NCBI GenBank assembly: GCA_000388065.2
Contig: KB932203.1
Reading direction: 5' to 3' (one strand)
From: Fonticula alba ATCC 38817
Lineage: Eukaryota > Protista > Nucleariida
DNA length: 64,000 nucleotides
The translations under genes were made by a program, and so were the position numbers. Shown in pieces: positions 63,122 through 64,000 of this stretch. Within the stretch, counting starts at the first letter, position 1. Each line of letters begins with the position of its first letter. The notes under the pieces are model-generated. The model was not told where the DNA came from. It made no database searches and saw only the letters and a program-made list of their open reading frames with translations.

Positions 63122-63845
63122 CCAGAGCAACATGCGAGGCGCCGCAAAAAAAAAAGAAAAAGGGTGGGGGGCGAACAGGCGAAGGGTCATACCGATCTGC
63201 ATGGCGGCCGTGGCGCGTGCGCGCTCGGCCAGCGACTCAGCGATCGACTCGGACTCCGAGACAAAAAGCGACGAGGTACTGCTGGCCGCGCGCATGGGCG
63301 AGTCGTCGTCGCCCGATTCGCGGCTGGCCCGGTAAGTTGGAGAGGCAAAGCCAGCCCCCGATCCTGGGGTGGCGGACCTGCGGTCCTTGTCGCGATCTGA
63401 CCGAGCCCGGTTGGCCTGGCATGGGAGAGGGGGGGAGGGGGGGATGGGATGTTGTGAGTTGCCACCCTGCACGCGGCCGGGCTTTCGCATGTGTGGCCGG
63501 CTGAGCTGGCAGGCGCACCTGGTGTTGATAGGCCGCACGGCGGTCGGAGGACTGGCGCATCTCCTTGGCCTCCTGCTCGCGGCGGGCGAGGTCTGCGGCG
63601 GGCGAGCGGCCACGAGCATCGAGTGGGTGTCGGGTGAGTGTCGGGTGCGGGAGGGGACGCAGCGAAGGAGGAAGGGCAATCCGGGCGTGACATCGCACCG
63701 TCGATCATCTTCCGACGCGAGGAGTCCTGGGCTTGGCGCCGGAGCTCGGCCTCCCGACGAGCGCGCATTTTTTGATCATACTCCGCTCGCTTGGTCGGAT
63801 CGTTGAGGATGGCGTACGCGACTGATAGCGCGTGGAACTTGGTGG
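62049..63845 (-). CDS. DNAJC17: DnaJ protein DNAJC17/Cwf23-like (J domain, coiled coil, RRM-like); 5' end beyond the window
   Basis: KFHALSVAYAILNDPTKRAEYDQKMRARR..RRKMID|DLARRE..TLRVSW..REASLLARL. The HPD motif lies outside the window. Confidence 0.7.
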
Positions 63846-63937
63846 CTGTACGCAAGGCACCACGGGTAGGGCCGGCATGGTAGGGTCAGGCGCCCATGCA
63901 AAGGGAAAGCCCACCTACTCGACTCGTCCGCCCTTGC

Positions 63938-63969
<32 letters not shown>

Positions 63970-64000
63970 ATGTGCATGGGGGGAGGGAGGAGGGGGGGGG

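Overview
GC-rich, intron-dense eukaryotic genomic DNA with many poly-G/poly-C tracts and N gaps. Gene content and style suggest an opisthokont protist such as Fonticula alba (inference, not verified). About 18 spliced protein-coding genes are supported: EPT1/CPT1 (partial), an N-formylglutamate-amidohydrolase-like protein, GAR1, RCE1, RNase H2A, RPS7, endonuclease V, a UCH deubiquitinase, an orphan RI-like LRR protein, NDUFA6, HPS1, a small mitochondrial membrane protein, PKR1, a RING/SIM E3 ligase, a PDZ protein, PRP43, a kexin/furin convertase, COPB2 and DNAJC17 (partial). The best unexplained signal is at 34.4-35.2 kb on the minus strand. It is an apparently non-coding, TATA-driven, micro-exon host transcript with a box C/D snoRNA in intron 3, whose guide fits the 18S site methylated by yeast snR79, and a weaker second C/D candidate in intron 1. 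Other notable points: 5' splice sites are dominated by GT(A/G)CG with C at +4; there is a candidate 3-nt microexon; and three genes (GAR1, ENDOV, COPB2) look scrambled or truncated in ways best explained by misassembly at homopolymer runs. No tRNA, rRNA, CRISPR array or mobile element was recognised. All exon structures were inferred by hand.
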